Part shown: one piece after another, positions 19,454 to 29,381 of the stretch | Position numbering within the stretch: position 1 is the stretch's first letter | Layout of the letters: the number at the start of each line of letters is the position of its first letter | NCBI GenBank assembly: GCA_031180725.1 | Contig: JAPSLO010000008.1 | Span: 127,471-191,470, forward strand | From: Roseomonas sp. | GTDB lineage: Bacteria > Pseudomonadota > Alphaproteobacteria > Acetobacterales > Acetobacteraceae | Reading direction: 5' to 3' | DNA: 64,000 nt | Program-made: the position numbers and the translations under genes | The notes under the pieces: model-generated | What the model was told of the DNA's origin: nothing | The model's database searches: none | What the model saw: the letters and a program-made list of their open reading frames with translations, nothing else

Positions 19454-21595
19454 ATGCAGGGCGACGAAACCCCGGAGCAGATCCTGGCCCGCGCCGATGC
19501 GCTGCGCGACGGCGGCAGCTGGGCCGCGGCCGAACCCTGGTATCGCGCCTATCTCTCACTCCGCCCCCGGCATTGGCAGATCCATGTCCAGCTCGGCCAC
19601 GCGGTGAAGGAGACGGGCGCCCCGGAAGCCGCGCTGGAGCACTACCGCCACGCCGCTGCCCTGGCACCGGAGGAGTGGGACCCGAAGCTGCAGGAAGGGC
19701 ACGCCTTGCGTCTGCTGGGCCGGGGACGCGAAGCGGCGGAAGCGATGCACCGCGCCTTCGAACTGGCCCCTGATATGCCCCTGCTGCGGCGGGAAGTGGC
19801 CCTGCTGCGCCACCGCCTGGCCCCGCCACCCGAAACCCCGGCCGAAGCCCTGCCGGAACCGCCACCCGGCCCGCCCGCGCAGTTGGCCTTCGACGTGACG
19901 GATCTGCTGGACTATCTGCGAGACGCCCGCACCCCCACCGGTATCCAGCGCGTACAGATGGGCATGCTGGGCGCTATCCTGGACCACCCTGCCCCTCCGG
20001 CGCCGGTGCTGCTGCTGGCTTATGATCCCTCCGCCTGGCGCTGGTGGCATGTGGAGGAGGAAGCCTTCCGCCGCGTGCTGGCGCTTTCCGTGGTCGGTGC
20101 CGATGCGGATGACCCCGCTTGGCGCGCGGCCACCACTCGGCTCTGCGATGCGGATGCCCGGCCGGATGCGCCGCTGTGCCCGGCCGCGACGCTGGCCTCG
20201 CTGGGCAATGCCTGGGGCGTACAGGACTACTTCCGTGGCCTTCGCATGCTGAGGCGACAGGTGCCGCTGCGCTACGCGGCCTTCGTGCATGACTGCGTGC
20301 CCCTGCTGATGCCGGAGCACTGCCTGGAGCTGACCGCGCGGCTCTATGCCCGCTGGTTCGCCGCGCTCGGTCTGCATGCGGACCAGGTCATGACCAATTC
20401 CCGCGCCACCGCCGCCGATGTGACGCGCTTTGCGCCCTCGGTCGGCCTGCGCGCGACGCCGGCCGTCATCCCGCTCGCTGCCGCGCCGCCACCGCCCCCC
20501 ACCCCTGCCTTGGCAGCGGCTGAGGCTTTGGATCTGGATGCGGCGGATGAGCCCTTCGTGCTCTTCGTCGCCACGCTGGAAAGCCGCAAGAACCACCTGA
20601 TGATCTTCCAGGCCTGGCTGGCGCTGCTGCGCCGCCTGCCCGAAGCGCGCGTGCCGCGGCTGCTCTGCGTCGGCCGGCCAGGCTGGCGGGCGGAGGCTGC
20701 ACTCGGCCTGCTGGAACGCTCGGCCATGCTGCGGCGGAAGGTGCGCGTGGTCTCCGGCGTCTCGGATCTGGCGCTGGCGGGGCTGACGCTGCGCTGCCTG
20801 TTCACCGTGTACAACTCCTTCCACGAAGGCTGGGGACTGCCGGTCAGCGAGAGCCTGGCCGCCGGCAAGCTCTGCGTCGTGCCGGCGCATAGCGGCTTGC
20901 TGGAAGCCGGCGCGCCGGGGGCGGTGTTCTTCCCGCCCGGCGACCTGCCCACGCTGGTGACGACGCTGACCGCGCTGATCACCGATCCCGCGCATCGCGC
21001 CACCCTGGAAGCCCGCATCGACCGTGCCGCCGCCAGCCGCCCATGGCACCTTGCCGCGGCAGATGTGCTGGCCCATCTCGCCGCCCCGCCGGAGAAGCCG
21101 CCACCGCGCCCACGCCTTGTGCTTGGCGCGCGACTCTCGCTCGCCGCTGCCCCGCCCCCGGCCGACCAGGACGCCGCCTGGGGCGAGGCGGTGCGCGAGG
21201 GGCTGGGCTGGTGGTGGCAGGAAGGCTGGGGCTGCTGGACGCGCGACGGTATCGCCACGCTGCAGCTACCGTTGCAGGTGCCGGCCGGAACGCAGCTGCG
21301 CGTGGTGCTGGAACTGCGCGGCCCGCCCGGGAGCCTTTCCCTGCGCCTGCGCACACGCGGCGCCGCGCCCGGTCCGTGGCAGAGACTACGCCTGGCCGAG
21401 GACGCGCAACCGCATGTGGTGCTGCAGGGCGAAGCCGGTCCGAATGGACTGGCAGTGGATCTCGACGCCGGCGATGGCGTCGCGCTGGGCGACCGCGCGA
21501 AACGGCGGGTGGGCGCCGGCGTAGCAGCGGTGACCGCCTTCGCGGAGGACGATCTGCCCGCTCGGCTTTCCGCTCTGGAACGCGCGCTGGGCTGA
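19454..21595 (+). CDS. TPR-containing GT-B (GT4-like) glycosyltransferase
   Basis: N-terminal TPRs (HVQLGHAVKETG), TGIQRV, FVATLESRKNH and SFHEGWGLPVSESLAAG, plus a Trp-rich C-terminal domain. Confidence 0.85.
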   Translation: MQGDETPEQILARADALRDGGSWAAAEPWYRAYLSLRPRHWQIHVQLGHAVKETGAPEAALEHYRHAAALAPEEWDPKLQEGHALRLLGRGREAAEAMHRAFELAPDMPLLRREVALLRHRLAPPPETPAEALPEPPPGPPAQLAFDVTDLLDYLRDARTPTGIQRVQMGMLGAILDHPAPPAPVLLLAYDPSAWRWWHVEEEAFRRVLALSVVGADADDPAWRAATTRLCDADARPDAPLCPAATLASLGNAWGVQDYFRGLRMLRRQVPLRYAAFVHDCVPLLMPEHCLELTARLYARWFAALGLHADQVMTNSRATAADVTRFAPSVGLRATPAVIPLAAAPPPPPTPALAAAEALDLDAADEPFVLFVATLESRKNHLMIFQAWLALLRRLPEARVPRLLCVGRPGWRAEAALGLLERSAMLRRKVRVVSGVSDLALAGLTLRCLFTVYNSFHEGWGLPVSESLAAGKLCVVPAHSGLLEAGAPGAVFFPPGDLPTLVTTLTALITDPAHRATLEARIDRAAASRPWHLAAADVLAHLAAPPEKPPPRPRLVLGARLSLAAAPPPADQDAAWGEAVREGLGWWWQEGWGCWTRDGIATLQLPLQVPAGTQLRVVLELRGPPGSLSLRLRTRGAAPGPWQRLRLAEDAQPHVVLQGEAGPNGLAVDLDAGDGVALGDRAKRRVGAGVAAVTAFAEDDLPARLSALERALG

Positions 21596-21663
21596 GGCGC
21601 CGGGCTGCATCGGCACCGCTAACGGTAGCGGCGGCCCCTTCCCTGGTTCTTATGGCGCCGCCA

Positions 21664-21689
21664 CGAACCGCGCCTGCCGCACGGGCGTT
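21664..21689 (+). promoter_or_regulatory. sigma-EcfG-like promoter CGAAC-N17-CGTT
   Basis: Matches the GGAAC-N16/17-CGTT general-stress consensus (4/5 at -35) and lies upstream of the DUF2267 gene. Confidence 0.6.
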
Positions 21690-21784
21690 CAGGATCCTTA
21701 TCCTGGCCGCAGACATGACGCGGACAGCATCGTTGTTGATCCGGCGGCCAGGACGGTCCTCATCGCGAGAGGAGGCAAGACGTC

Positions 21785-22261
21785 ATGGCTTCCAGCGGGC
21801 TCGATGTCTTCGACAAAACGCTGCAGACAACCAACATCTGGCTGGACGGGATCATGGCCGAACTGGGCTGTGACCGGCAGCAGGCCTGGCATGCGCTCGG
21901 CGCCGTGTTGCGCACGCTGCGCGACCGCGTGCCGCTCGAACTGGCGGCGCATCTCAGCGCGCAGCTCCCACTGATTCTGCGCGGCGCCTATTATGATCAA
22001 TGGCACCCGGCCGCGCAGCCGGAGCGGCACCGGACGCTTGATGAGTTCCTGGCCCGGATCGGCGCGGAGCTGCACGGCACAAGACCCGTCGATGTCGAGG
22101 CAGCGACACGCGCCGTGCTGCGCACGCTGTCGCGTCACGCCGATGCCGGCCAGATCCGGAAGGTGATGGATGCACTGCCCCGGGAGGTGCGCAGCTTCTG
22201 GCTCACCGCGCTTGCGGCGAATGATGCCGTCACGCCAGCCGATCGCCGGGCCGTTTCCTGA
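21785..22261 (+). CDS. DUF2267 domain-containing protein
   Basis: GLDVFDKTLQTTNIWL, AAHLSAQLPLILRGAYY and KVMDALP, with a GGAGG RBS. Confidence 0.88.
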   Translation: MASSGLDVFDKTLQTTNIWLDGIMAELGCDRQQAWHALGAVLRTLRDRVPLELAAHLSAQLPLILRGAYYDQWHPAAQPERHRTLDEFLARIGAELHGTRPVDVEAATRAVLRTLSRHADAGQIRKVMDALPREVRSFWLTALAANDAVTPADRRAVS

Positions 22262-22271
22262 GGAGGTTTCC

Positions 22272-22724
22272 ATGAAGGTCAGCGAGAAGATGACGCGCGT
22301 TGTCCGCATCGCCAGTCCCGACGACAGCATTCGCGAGGCCGCGCGCTGCATGGCCGAATGCGATTCCGGTGTGCTGCCGGTCGGCGAGAATGATCGCCTG
22401 GTCGGCATGGTGACCGACCGCGACATTGCCCTGCGCGCCGTCGCCGAGGGCAAGGGCCCCGACACGCGAGTGCGCGAGGTGATGACGCAGGATGTTCGCT
22501 ACTGCTTCGAGGATGAGGAGCTGGAACACGCCGCACGCATGATGAGCGAGCAGCAGGTCCGCCGCCTGCCGGTGATGAACCGCCAGAAGCGGCTGGTCGG
22601 CATCCTTTCGCTGGGAGACATGGCGATGGGTGAAGGTCCATTCCCGGCAGGCGAAGCGCTGGCCGGCGTCTCCCGCCCCGGCGGTGCGCATTCGCAGACC
22701 GGCGGCGCGCCCGCGGGGGCATAG
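22272..22724 (+). CDS. CBS domain-containing protein
   Basis: Tandem CBS pair (LVGMVTDRDI, VRRLPV...LVGILSLGD) with an AGGAGG RBS. Confidence 0.92.
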   Translation: MKVSEKMTRVVRIASPDDSIREAARCMAECDSGVLPVGENDRLVGMVTDRDIALRAVAEGKGPDTRVREVMTQDVRYCFEDEELEHAARMMSEQQVRRLPVMNRQKRLVGILSLGDMAMGEGPFPAGEALAGVSRPGGAHSQTGGAPAGA

Positions 22725-22995
22725 AGGCGCATAACCCCGGATTCACCGCCGGCCCCGAAGGCGCCGCGACCGCCTTGCCTGGGCGCCGGCTGTTGCTGAA
22801 GGAGGCCAGCCCCCTTGGTGCTGGCACGGTCGCGCAGTGGGGCGGCACTCCCCGCGGCGGAGGGGCACCCGCCGGCCCTGGGAGGATGCCCGCCGGGTGG
22901 GGAATGGGCGGAATCTCTCCACCCGGCGACATGGCCGGGCGCCGGCGCGCGACACCCCGCCTGTGCCGATAGCGCTGCTTCGGCGTTGTCGCGGC

Positions 22996-23808
22996 ATGGT
23001 CCGCGTCATGACATACAACGTGCACAGTTGCCGTGGGCGGGATGGGCTGGTTTCGCCGGAACGGATCGCCGCGGTGATCGCCGCCGCACGTCCTGACATC
23101 GTCGCCCTTCAGGAACTGGATGTCGGCCGCGCCCGGAGCGGTGGCCTCGACCAGGCCCAGCTCATCGCGCGCAGCCTCGGCATGGAATTCCACTTCCACC
23201 CTGCCCTGCGGGTGAAGGAGGAGCACTACGGCGATGCGATCCTGAGCCATCTGCCGCTCCGCCTGCTGCGCGCGGGACCACTGCCGGGCCTCGCCGGCCG
23301 GCCGCTTCTGGAGCCCCGGGGTGCGCTGCGCGTGACGGTGGAACTGCCGGGTGGCAGCGCCCTGCATGTGATCAACACGCATCTCGGCCTGCTGCCGGGC
23401 GAGCAGCTCGCGCAGGTGAAGGCGCTGCTGGGCGAGGATTGGGTGGAAGACCCGGCCCATCGCGATGCGCCGCTGGTCCTGCTGGGCGATTTCAACGCGG
23501 TGCCGCGCTCACGTCCCTATCGCCGGCTGGCGGCGCGGCTGCGTGACGCGCAATGCGCACTGCCCGGCCAGCGGCCCCGCCCCACCTTCCCGGCGCGCTG
23601 GCCATTGCTGCGGCTGGATCATGTCTTCCTCGGCCAGGGCGTCGAACTTCGCGCCATCGAGGTCCCACGCGGCGCGGCGGAGCGGATCGCCTCTGACCAT
23701 CTGCCGCTGGTCGCGGAGCTGGATATGGCGCGGCAGGAGATCAGTGGCGTCGCCAGGGCCGCCACGCATCCTCCGGCCCCTGTGGATCACCGAGTTGCCA
23801 GGCGCTGA
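22996..23808 (+). CDS. endonuclease/exonuclease/phosphatase family protein
   Basis: MTYNVH, DIVALQE, NTHL, LLGDFN, LDHVF and SDHLP motifs. The exact start is uncertain. Confidence 0.9.
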   Translation: MVRVMTYNVHSCRGRDGLVSPERIAAVIAAARPDIVALQELDVGRARSGGLDQAQLIARSLGMEFHFHPALRVKEEHYGDAILSHLPLRLLRAGPLPGLAGRPLLEPRGALRVTVELPGGSALHVINTHLGLLPGEQLAQVKALLGEDWVEDPAHRDAPLVLLGDFNAVPRSRPYRRLAARLRDAQCALPGQRPRPTFPARWPLLRLDHVFLGQGVELRAIEVPRGAAERIASDHLPLVAELDMARQEISGVARAATHPPAPVDHRVARR

Positions 23809-25183
23809 CGAGCCGCCCGAGCAAGCCAGGCGGCTCCGGAAGCAACGGCACCAGTCGCCGCTGATCGCCGCGCTGCGCGTCCAGCCTCTCGATGGCGCCG
23901 GCCAGGCTGCCGGCCGCCGCCGTGGCCTCACCCATGCGCGCGCCATCCACGCCCAGGAAATGGCCAATCAGCTTTTCGCGGAAGCGGCGGATCGCCGCCC
24001 CCGTCGGCGTATCCTCCGGCGCTTCCAACACCAGGTCGCATTCCGTGTCATAGCCGCCGGATCGGTTGTTCAGATTGGCCGAGCCGATGCGCAGGACGCG
24101 GTCGTCCATGATGCAGACCTTGGAATGCACGATGATGGTCCGCCCACCCCTGGTGCGCGGGGCATAGGCCGTGAAGCGGCCGTGCCGGTCCGCAGCACGG
24201 AGGCGCCTGATGAGCATGTCACGCGGCGCGTCCATCGTCATGCGATCGAAGTAGCTGGGGCTTTCGCCCGACACGACCAGCAGGACCTCCGGCCCGTCCG
24301 GCTCCGCCAGCCGCGCCGCGATCGCCTCGGCCAGGCGCGGCGAGGCGAAATACTGGTTCTCCAGATAAAGGAAGCGGCGCGCCGCGGCGATCATGGTCAG
24401 GTAAAGCGCCTCGGCCTCGCGCACCGCCGGCTGGCGGTACCAAGCCGGCTCGGTCCGCGCGATGCCGAGCACCGGCGCCCCTGTGAGATCGGGCAGGAGC
24501 CCCTGCGGCCAGGGATCGCCGCGCCCTGGCGCGCCGATGGGCACCGTCTCCCCGGTCGCGTGGCGCCAGCGCTCGCGCGCCAATTCGCCGAGCGCCCTGG
24601 CGGGGGCACCGTCCACCACCATCATCACCTCGTGCCTCGGCGCATGTTCGCGGCCCCAGGGCAGGCGCCGGCGCGCGTCATGGTCCGGGTGGCGCGGCGT
24701 GTCCCAGCGATTCACCGCGAAGTCGCCACCGCCACAGAAGGCGACCGCATCATCCACCACCAGCACCTTCTGGTGATGGCAGGCTCCGGCATGCGCGCGG
24801 TCCAGACGATAGCGCAACGGGCTGTCGCGAAACCAGCCACGGGCACGCCGCGGAAAGAAGTCGCGCCCGACCGCGAGCACCATGGGCATGTCCCAGATCA
24901 GCACGCGGATCTCCAGCCCTGGCCGCTGCACGGCAAGCCCGTTGAGCAGGGGACCGATTTCATCCGGGAACTCTCCTGCCGCCTCGCGCCCCGCATCGGG
25001 ACAGAGCCGCGTGCGCGGGTCGAAATCCCAGCCGAGCAGCAGGATGCTGCGCTCCGCCAGCAGCATCGCCGCCTTCGCGGCGGCGAAATAGGCGGCGGTA
25101 TCCACCAGGAAGGCGGCGCGCCCGACCGGTTCCACACGCCAGCATGTCTCACCAGGTTGAAGGAGGGGGGGTTGCGACGTCAC
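23741..25183 (-). CDS. phospholipase D / cardiolipin synthase-like protein
   Basis: Two HKD motifs (HQKVLVVD and HSKVCIMD) and GSANLN. Confidence 0.92.
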   Translation of the reverse strand: MTSQPPLLQPGETCWRVEPVGRAAFLVDTAAYFAAAKAAMLLAERSILLLGWDFDPRTRLCPDAGREAAGEFPDEIGPLLNGLAVQRPGLEIRVLIWDMPMVLAVGRDFFPRRARGWFRDSPLRYRLDRAHAGACHHQKVLVVDDAVAFCGGGDFAVNRWDTPRHPDHDARRRLPWGREHAPRHEVMMVVDGAPARALGELARERWRHATGETVPIGAPGRGDPWPQGLLPDLTGAPVLGIARTEPAWYRQPAVREAEALYLTMIAAARRFLYLENQYFASPRLAEAIAARLAEPDGPEVLLVVSGESPSYFDRMTMDAPRDMLIRRLRAADRHGRFTAYAPRTRGGRTIIVHSKVCIMDDRVLRIGSANLNNRSGGYDTECDLVLEAPEDTPTGAAIRRFREKLIGHFLGVDGARMGEATAAAGSLAGAIERLDAQRGDQRRLVPLLPEPPGLLGRLVSAWQLGDPQGPEDAWRPWRRH

Positions 25184-25908
25184 GCACCGCTCCTACGCCG
25201 GCGCCACCACATCCCCATCAGTGACAGCGCGGCCAGCCCGCAGAGCGGCAGCAGCACCGGCGCCGAGAGGACGATGGACAGATCGGGCCGCCCGCCGCGT
25301 GCGAAGACCTCCTCCAGCCCAGCGCCGATACTGGCGAAGATGGCGGTGCTGGGCAGGATGCCGAGGGCCGTCGCTAGCGCGAAGGCCGGGAAGGGCATGC
25401 GTACCAAGGCCGGTGCGATACTGCCCACAGTATAGGGCACGACCGGCAGCAGCCGCAGCGACAGCAGATACCAGAAGCCATCCCGCTCCAGCCCCGGCCG
25501 CAGCCGGTCCAGGAAGGGTCCAGCGCGCCGTTCCATCATCGGGCCCAGCGCCGTGCGCACAGCGAGGAAGAGAAGGCAGGCACCCGCCGTCGCCGCCGTC
25601 ACCGCCAGCAGGGCGCCGAGCCAGCGGCCGAACAACAGGCCACCGGCCGCCGTCATCACCGGACCCACGGGCACGGAAAGCGTCACCACGCCAAAATAGA
25701 CCGCGAGATAGGACGCTGCCGCCAGGACGGGTTTCGCCGCCACCAGGTCCCTCAGCGCACCATGGTACCGCGCCAGCGCTTCCATCGAGAGATAGCGGTG
25801 CAGGCCGAGCAACCAGGCGAGGCCGATGGCCGCCAGCAACGCCAGGATGGGCCAGAGCCGCATCCAGCCTGCCCGGTCCCGCTCCGTGCCATGCACCGAA
25901 TGTTGCAC
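25180..25908 (-). CDS. TVP38/TMEM64 (VTT/DedA) family membrane protein
   Basis: LSVPVG...GGLLFG, LRLLPVVP and FALATALGILP. The start is uncertain (25908, 25896 or 25863). Confidence 0.9.
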   Translation of the reverse strand: MQHSVHGTERDRAGWMRLWPILALLAAIGLAWLLGLHRYLSMEALARYHGALRDLVAAKPVLAAASYLAVYFGVVTLSVPVGPVMTAAGGLLFGRWLGALLAVTAATAGACLLFLAVRTALGPMMERRAGPFLDRLRPGLERDGFWYLLSLRLLPVVPYTVGSIAPALVRMPFPAFALATALGILPSTAIFASIGAGLEEVFARGGRPDLSIVLSAPVLLPLCGLAALSLMGMWWRRRRSGA

Positions 25909-25937
25909 TTACCTGCCAGCCCCGTGCCACAGGGGTG

Positions 25938-25965
25938 CGAACACGGACCACACGCAGCCGGTTCC
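25938..25965. promoter_or_regulatory. overlapping divergent sigma-EcfG-like promoters
   Basis: Plus strand CGAAC-N17-GGTT (25938-25963) and minus strand GGAAC-N17-TGTT (25965-25940). Confidence 0.6.
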
Positions 25966-26023
25966 GGCAGCGCTGATGCCCTGGGCCGCGCAACGGGGCG
26001 CGCCGTGGCGCATTCTTCCCGGG

Positions 26024-27670
26024 ATGGTTGACCGCCCGCCGCCCGCGCCCGCCGCCACAGGCCGACCGGACCCGGACGCCGATCCGGTCTGGTGGAAGCA
26101 CGGCGTGATCTACCAGATCTATCCGCGCTCCTTCATGGACAGCAATGCCGACGGAATCGGCGACCTGGAAGGCATCCGCCGCCGGCTGGATTACCTCCTC
26201 TGGCTTAGGGTGGAGGCGATCTGGATCTCGCCGATATACCCTTCGCCCATGGCCGATTTCGGCTATGATGTCGCGGACTACTGCGGCATCGCGCCGATCT
26301 TCGGAACGCTGGCGGAGTTCGACCGGCTGGTGGCGGAAGCCCATGCGCGCGGTCTGAAGGTCATCCTGGACTTCGTGCCCAATCACAGTTCCACCGCGCA
26401 TCCCTGGTTCCAGGAAAGCCGCGTCAGCCGGAACAGCCCGAAGCGGGACTGGTACATCTGGCGGGATCCGGCGCCGGATGGCGGCCCACCCAACAATTGG
26501 CTGGCGAATTTCGGCGGCAGCGCCTGGGAATACGATGCGGCAACGGGCCAGTACTACTACCACGCCTTCCTGCCCGAACAGCCGGACCTCAACTGGCGCA
26601 ATCCCGAAGTGCGACGCGCCATGCATGCTGCCATGCGCTTCTGGCTGGATCGTGGCGTGGACGGCTTCCGCGTGGACGTGATCTGGCACCTCATCAAGGA
26701 CGAGCAGTTCCGCGACAACCCGCCCAACCCCGCATGGCAGCCGCACCAGGCCAGCATCGACCGTCTGCTGCAGATCCATTCAGCCGACCAGCCGGAAGTT
26801 CATGACGTGGTGGCGGAGATGCGCAGCCTGATCGACGAGTATCCGGACCGCGTGCTGATCGGCGAGATCTATCTGCCGATGGAGCGCCTGGTGGCCTATT
26901 ACGGCCCCGACCTGCGCGGCGCGCATCTGCCCTTCAACTTCCAGCTCATCTTCGCCGCTTGGTCTGCGCCGCAGATCGCTCGCCTGGTCCAGGAATATGA
27001 AGCGGCCCTGCCGGAAGGCGGCTGGCCGAACTGGGTAATGGGCAATCACGACCAGAAGCGCATCGCCAGCCGCGTCGGCCCGGCGCAGGCGCGTGTCGCG
27101 GCCATGCTGCTGCTCACGCTGCGTGGCACGCCGACGCTCTACTATGGCGACGAGATCGGGATGGAGAATGTCGCCATCCCGCCCGACTGCGTGCAGGACC
27201 CGTGGGAGAAGAACGAGCCGGGGCTCGGCCTGGGCCGTGATCCCGCACGCACGCCCATGCAGTGGGATGCCTCGCCCGGCGCAGGCTTCACAACGGGCAC
27301 GCCCTGGCTTCCCCTTTCACCTGATCACCGCGAGCGCAATGTGGAGGCACTGGCGCGCGATCCGCGTTCCATCCTCACCCTCTACCGCCGGCTGATCGCG
27401 CTGCGCCGCGAGCAGCCTGCGCTGCACGCGGGCAGCTACCTTCCCGTGGCCGCGGAGGGCAATGTCCTCGCCTTCCTGCGTTGCGCCGGCGCGGCGAGGC
27501 TGCTGATCGCCCTGAATTTCGGCCAGGCGCCGCAATGCCTCGACCTTCGGCCGCATGGAATCGCGTCGGCGCGCATCCTGCTCTCCACGGCGCTGGATCG
27601 CGAGGGCGAGGCGCCGGGTCCGATGCTGCATCTCCGCCCCGCGGAGGGCGTGGCCGTCGCGCTGGAGTAG
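26024..27670 (+). CDS. GH13 alpha-glucosidase / oligo-1,6-glucosidase family
   Basis: WWKHGVIYQIYPRSF, DFVPNH, catalytic FRVDVI / IGEIY / NHDQ and RDPARTPMQW. Confidence 0.93.
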   Translation: MVDRPPPAPAATGRPDPDADPVWWKHGVIYQIYPRSFMDSNADGIGDLEGIRRRLDYLLWLRVEAIWISPIYPSPMADFGYDVADYCGIAPIFGTLAEFDRLVAEAHARGLKVILDFVPNHSSTAHPWFQESRVSRNSPKRDWYIWRDPAPDGGPPNNWLANFGGSAWEYDAATGQYYYHAFLPEQPDLNWRNPEVRRAMHAAMRFWLDRGVDGFRVDVIWHLIKDEQFRDNPPNPAWQPHQASIDRLLQIHSADQPEVHDVVAEMRSLIDEYPDRVLIGEIYLPMERLVAYYGPDLRGAHLPFNFQLIFAAWSAPQIARLVQEYEAALPEGGWPNWVMGNHDQKRIASRVGPAQARVAAMLLLTLRGTPTLYYGDEIGMENVAIPPDCVQDPWEKNEPGLGLGRDPARTPMQWDASPGAGFTTGTPWLPLSPDHRERNVEALARDPRSILTLYRRLIALRREQPALHAGSYLPVAAEGNVLAFLRCAGAARLLIALNFGQAPQCLDLRPHGIASARILLSTALDREGEAPGPMLHLRPAEGVAVALE

Positions 27671-27693
27671 ACGCGGACCGTCAGCCTTTGGCC

Positions 27694-29322
27694 TTAGCGC
27701 CGCTCGCAACCTTCGCGGAACCAGCGGAAGCCGTGGCCTTCCAGCCGCAGCGGCCGATCCGCGGTTTCCGGCGCGTCATCGGCCGCGTCCGTCAGCAGGC
27801 GGCGAAGCGGACCGGTTTCGGGTGGCAGGCGCAGTTCCGCCGGCGCATCGGCAAGGTTGTGCAGCGTCAGCACTGCCGCACCCTGCCATTCGGACCGCAG
27901 CGCCAGCACGGTGGGCGCGCCAACATCCAGCACCTTGCAGACGCCCCAGCCGATCTCCGGACAGGCGCGGCGGGTATCCACGACCCGGCGGCAATGTTCC
28001 AGCAGCGAGCCGTGGCGGTTCCGCTGCGCCGCCACATTCACGCGCTGGAAGCCAAACTGCGCATCACTGACGACGGGCCGCACCAGGCGCCCGGGCGGCG
28101 CGGTGGAGAAGCCGGCATTCGCCTCCTCGTTCCACTGCATCGGCGTTCGCACCGGCCAGCGCTCGGGCTGGGAGAGATCCTCGCCCATGCCGATCTCCTC
28201 GCCGTACCAGATCACCGGCGTGCCGGGCAGCGCGAACATCAGGCTCTGCGCCATGGCAATGCGCCGCGTATCGCCGCCGAGCATCGGCGCCAGCCTTCGA
28301 CGGATGCCGCGCCCGAACGCCTGCATCCGCGGCTCCGGCCCGAAGGCGGCAAAGACCTCCGCGCGTTCTGCCTCACCCAGGCGGCCGAGGTCGAGCTCGT
28401 CATGGTTGCGCAGGAAGGTGCCCCACTGGCCAATCAGCGGCAGCTTCGGCGACTGGCGCAGCACACGCTCCACCGGCTCCGCCTGGCCACGCGCCAGGGC
28501 CAGGAAGACATGCTGGTTCAGCATGAAGTTGAAGATCATCTGCAGCCGCTCGCCGCTGCCGAAATAGGCCTCGGCATCCTTCATCTCGATATTGGCTTCC
28601 GCCAGCAGCACCGATTCCGCCTCGCGCCAGCTCAGGAAGTTCCGCAGCTCGACCAGGTAGCGATAGGGGTCACGCAGGTCCTCAGGCGGTTTGACGCCGC
28701 GGTGTTCGATCAGGAAGGGCACGGCATCCAGGCGGAAGCCAGTGGCGCCCAGTTGCAGCCAGAAGCCCATGATGCGCTCGATCTCCTCGCGCACCTCGGG
28801 GTTGGTGATGTTCAGGTCGGGCTGGTGCTTGAAGAAGCGGTGCATGTACCAGGCGCCCGCCACCTCATCCCAGGTCCAGGTACTCTCCTGCACGCCGGGG
28901 AAGACCATGCCTTCATGCAGGTCCTTCGGCTGCTCCTTCGACCAGACATACCAGTCGCGGCGCGGCGAGCCGGGCTGACGCGCGTCCTGGAACCAGGGAT
29001 GGTCCACCGAAGTGTGGTTGACGACCAGGTCCAGGATGATACGCAGCCCCCGGTCGCGCGCCGCGCGAGTGAACTCCACGAAATCGCCCAGCGTGCCGAA
29101 GCGCGGATCCACGCCGTAGTAGTCGGTGATGTCATAGCCGTTGTCGCGGTTCGGCGAGGGATAGAAGGGCAGCAGCCACAGGCAGGTGGCGCCGAGGGCC
29201 TCGATATGGTCCAGCCGATGCGCCAGTCCGCGGAAATCGCCAATGCCGTCCCCGTTCGAGTCCATGAAGGTCTCGACGTCCAGGCAGTAGATGACCGCGT
29301 TCTTGTACCAGAGATCGATCAT
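27694..29322 (-). CDS. GH13 trehalose synthase (TreS)-like protein
   Basis: WYKNAVIY, DNGYDITDY, FRLDAVP, LLAEAN and FLRNHDELDL motifs. Confidence 0.88.
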   Translation of the reverse strand: MIDLWYKNAVIYCLDVETFMDSNGDGIGDFRGLAHRLDHIEALGATCLWLLPFYPSPNRDNGYDITDYYGVDPRFGTLGDFVEFTRAARDRGLRIILDLVVNHTSVDHPWFQDARQPGSPRRDWYVWSKEQPKDLHEGMVFPGVQESTWTWDEVAGAWYMHRFFKHQPDLNITNPEVREEIERIMGFWLQLGATGFRLDAVPFLIEHRGVKPPEDLRDPYRYLVELRNFLSWREAESVLLAEANIEMKDAEAYFGSGERLQMIFNFMLNQHVFLALARGQAEPVERVLRQSPKLPLIGQWGTFLRNHDELDLGRLGEAERAEVFAAFGPEPRMQAFGRGIRRRLAPMLGGDTRRIAMAQSLMFALPGTPVIWYGEEIGMGEDLSQPERWPVRTPMQWNEEANAGFSTAPPGRLVRPVVSDAQFGFQRVNVAAQRNRHGSLLEHCRRVVDTRRACPEIGWGVCKVLDVGAPTVLALRSEWQGAAVLTLHNLADAPAELRLPPETGPLRRLLTDAADDAPETADRPLRLEGHGFRWFREGCERR

Positions 29323-29348
29323 GCCGCGCGTCCCGGTATTCCGCGCCG

Positions 29349-29373
29349 AACGGGCGCCGACGCTCGCGGTTGC
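29349..29373 (-). promoter_or_regulatory. sigma-EcfG-like promoter GCAAC-N16-CGTT
   Basis: The -10 element ends about 27 nt upstream of the treS-like ATG. Confidence 0.6.
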
Positions 29374-29381
29374 AACGGGGT

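Noticed and set aside
22815-23096. 93-aa ORF preceded by GAAGGAGG
   Set aside because: The composition is low-complexity Pro/Ala/Gly/Arg, it overlaps the EEP gene out of frame, and it has no motif.
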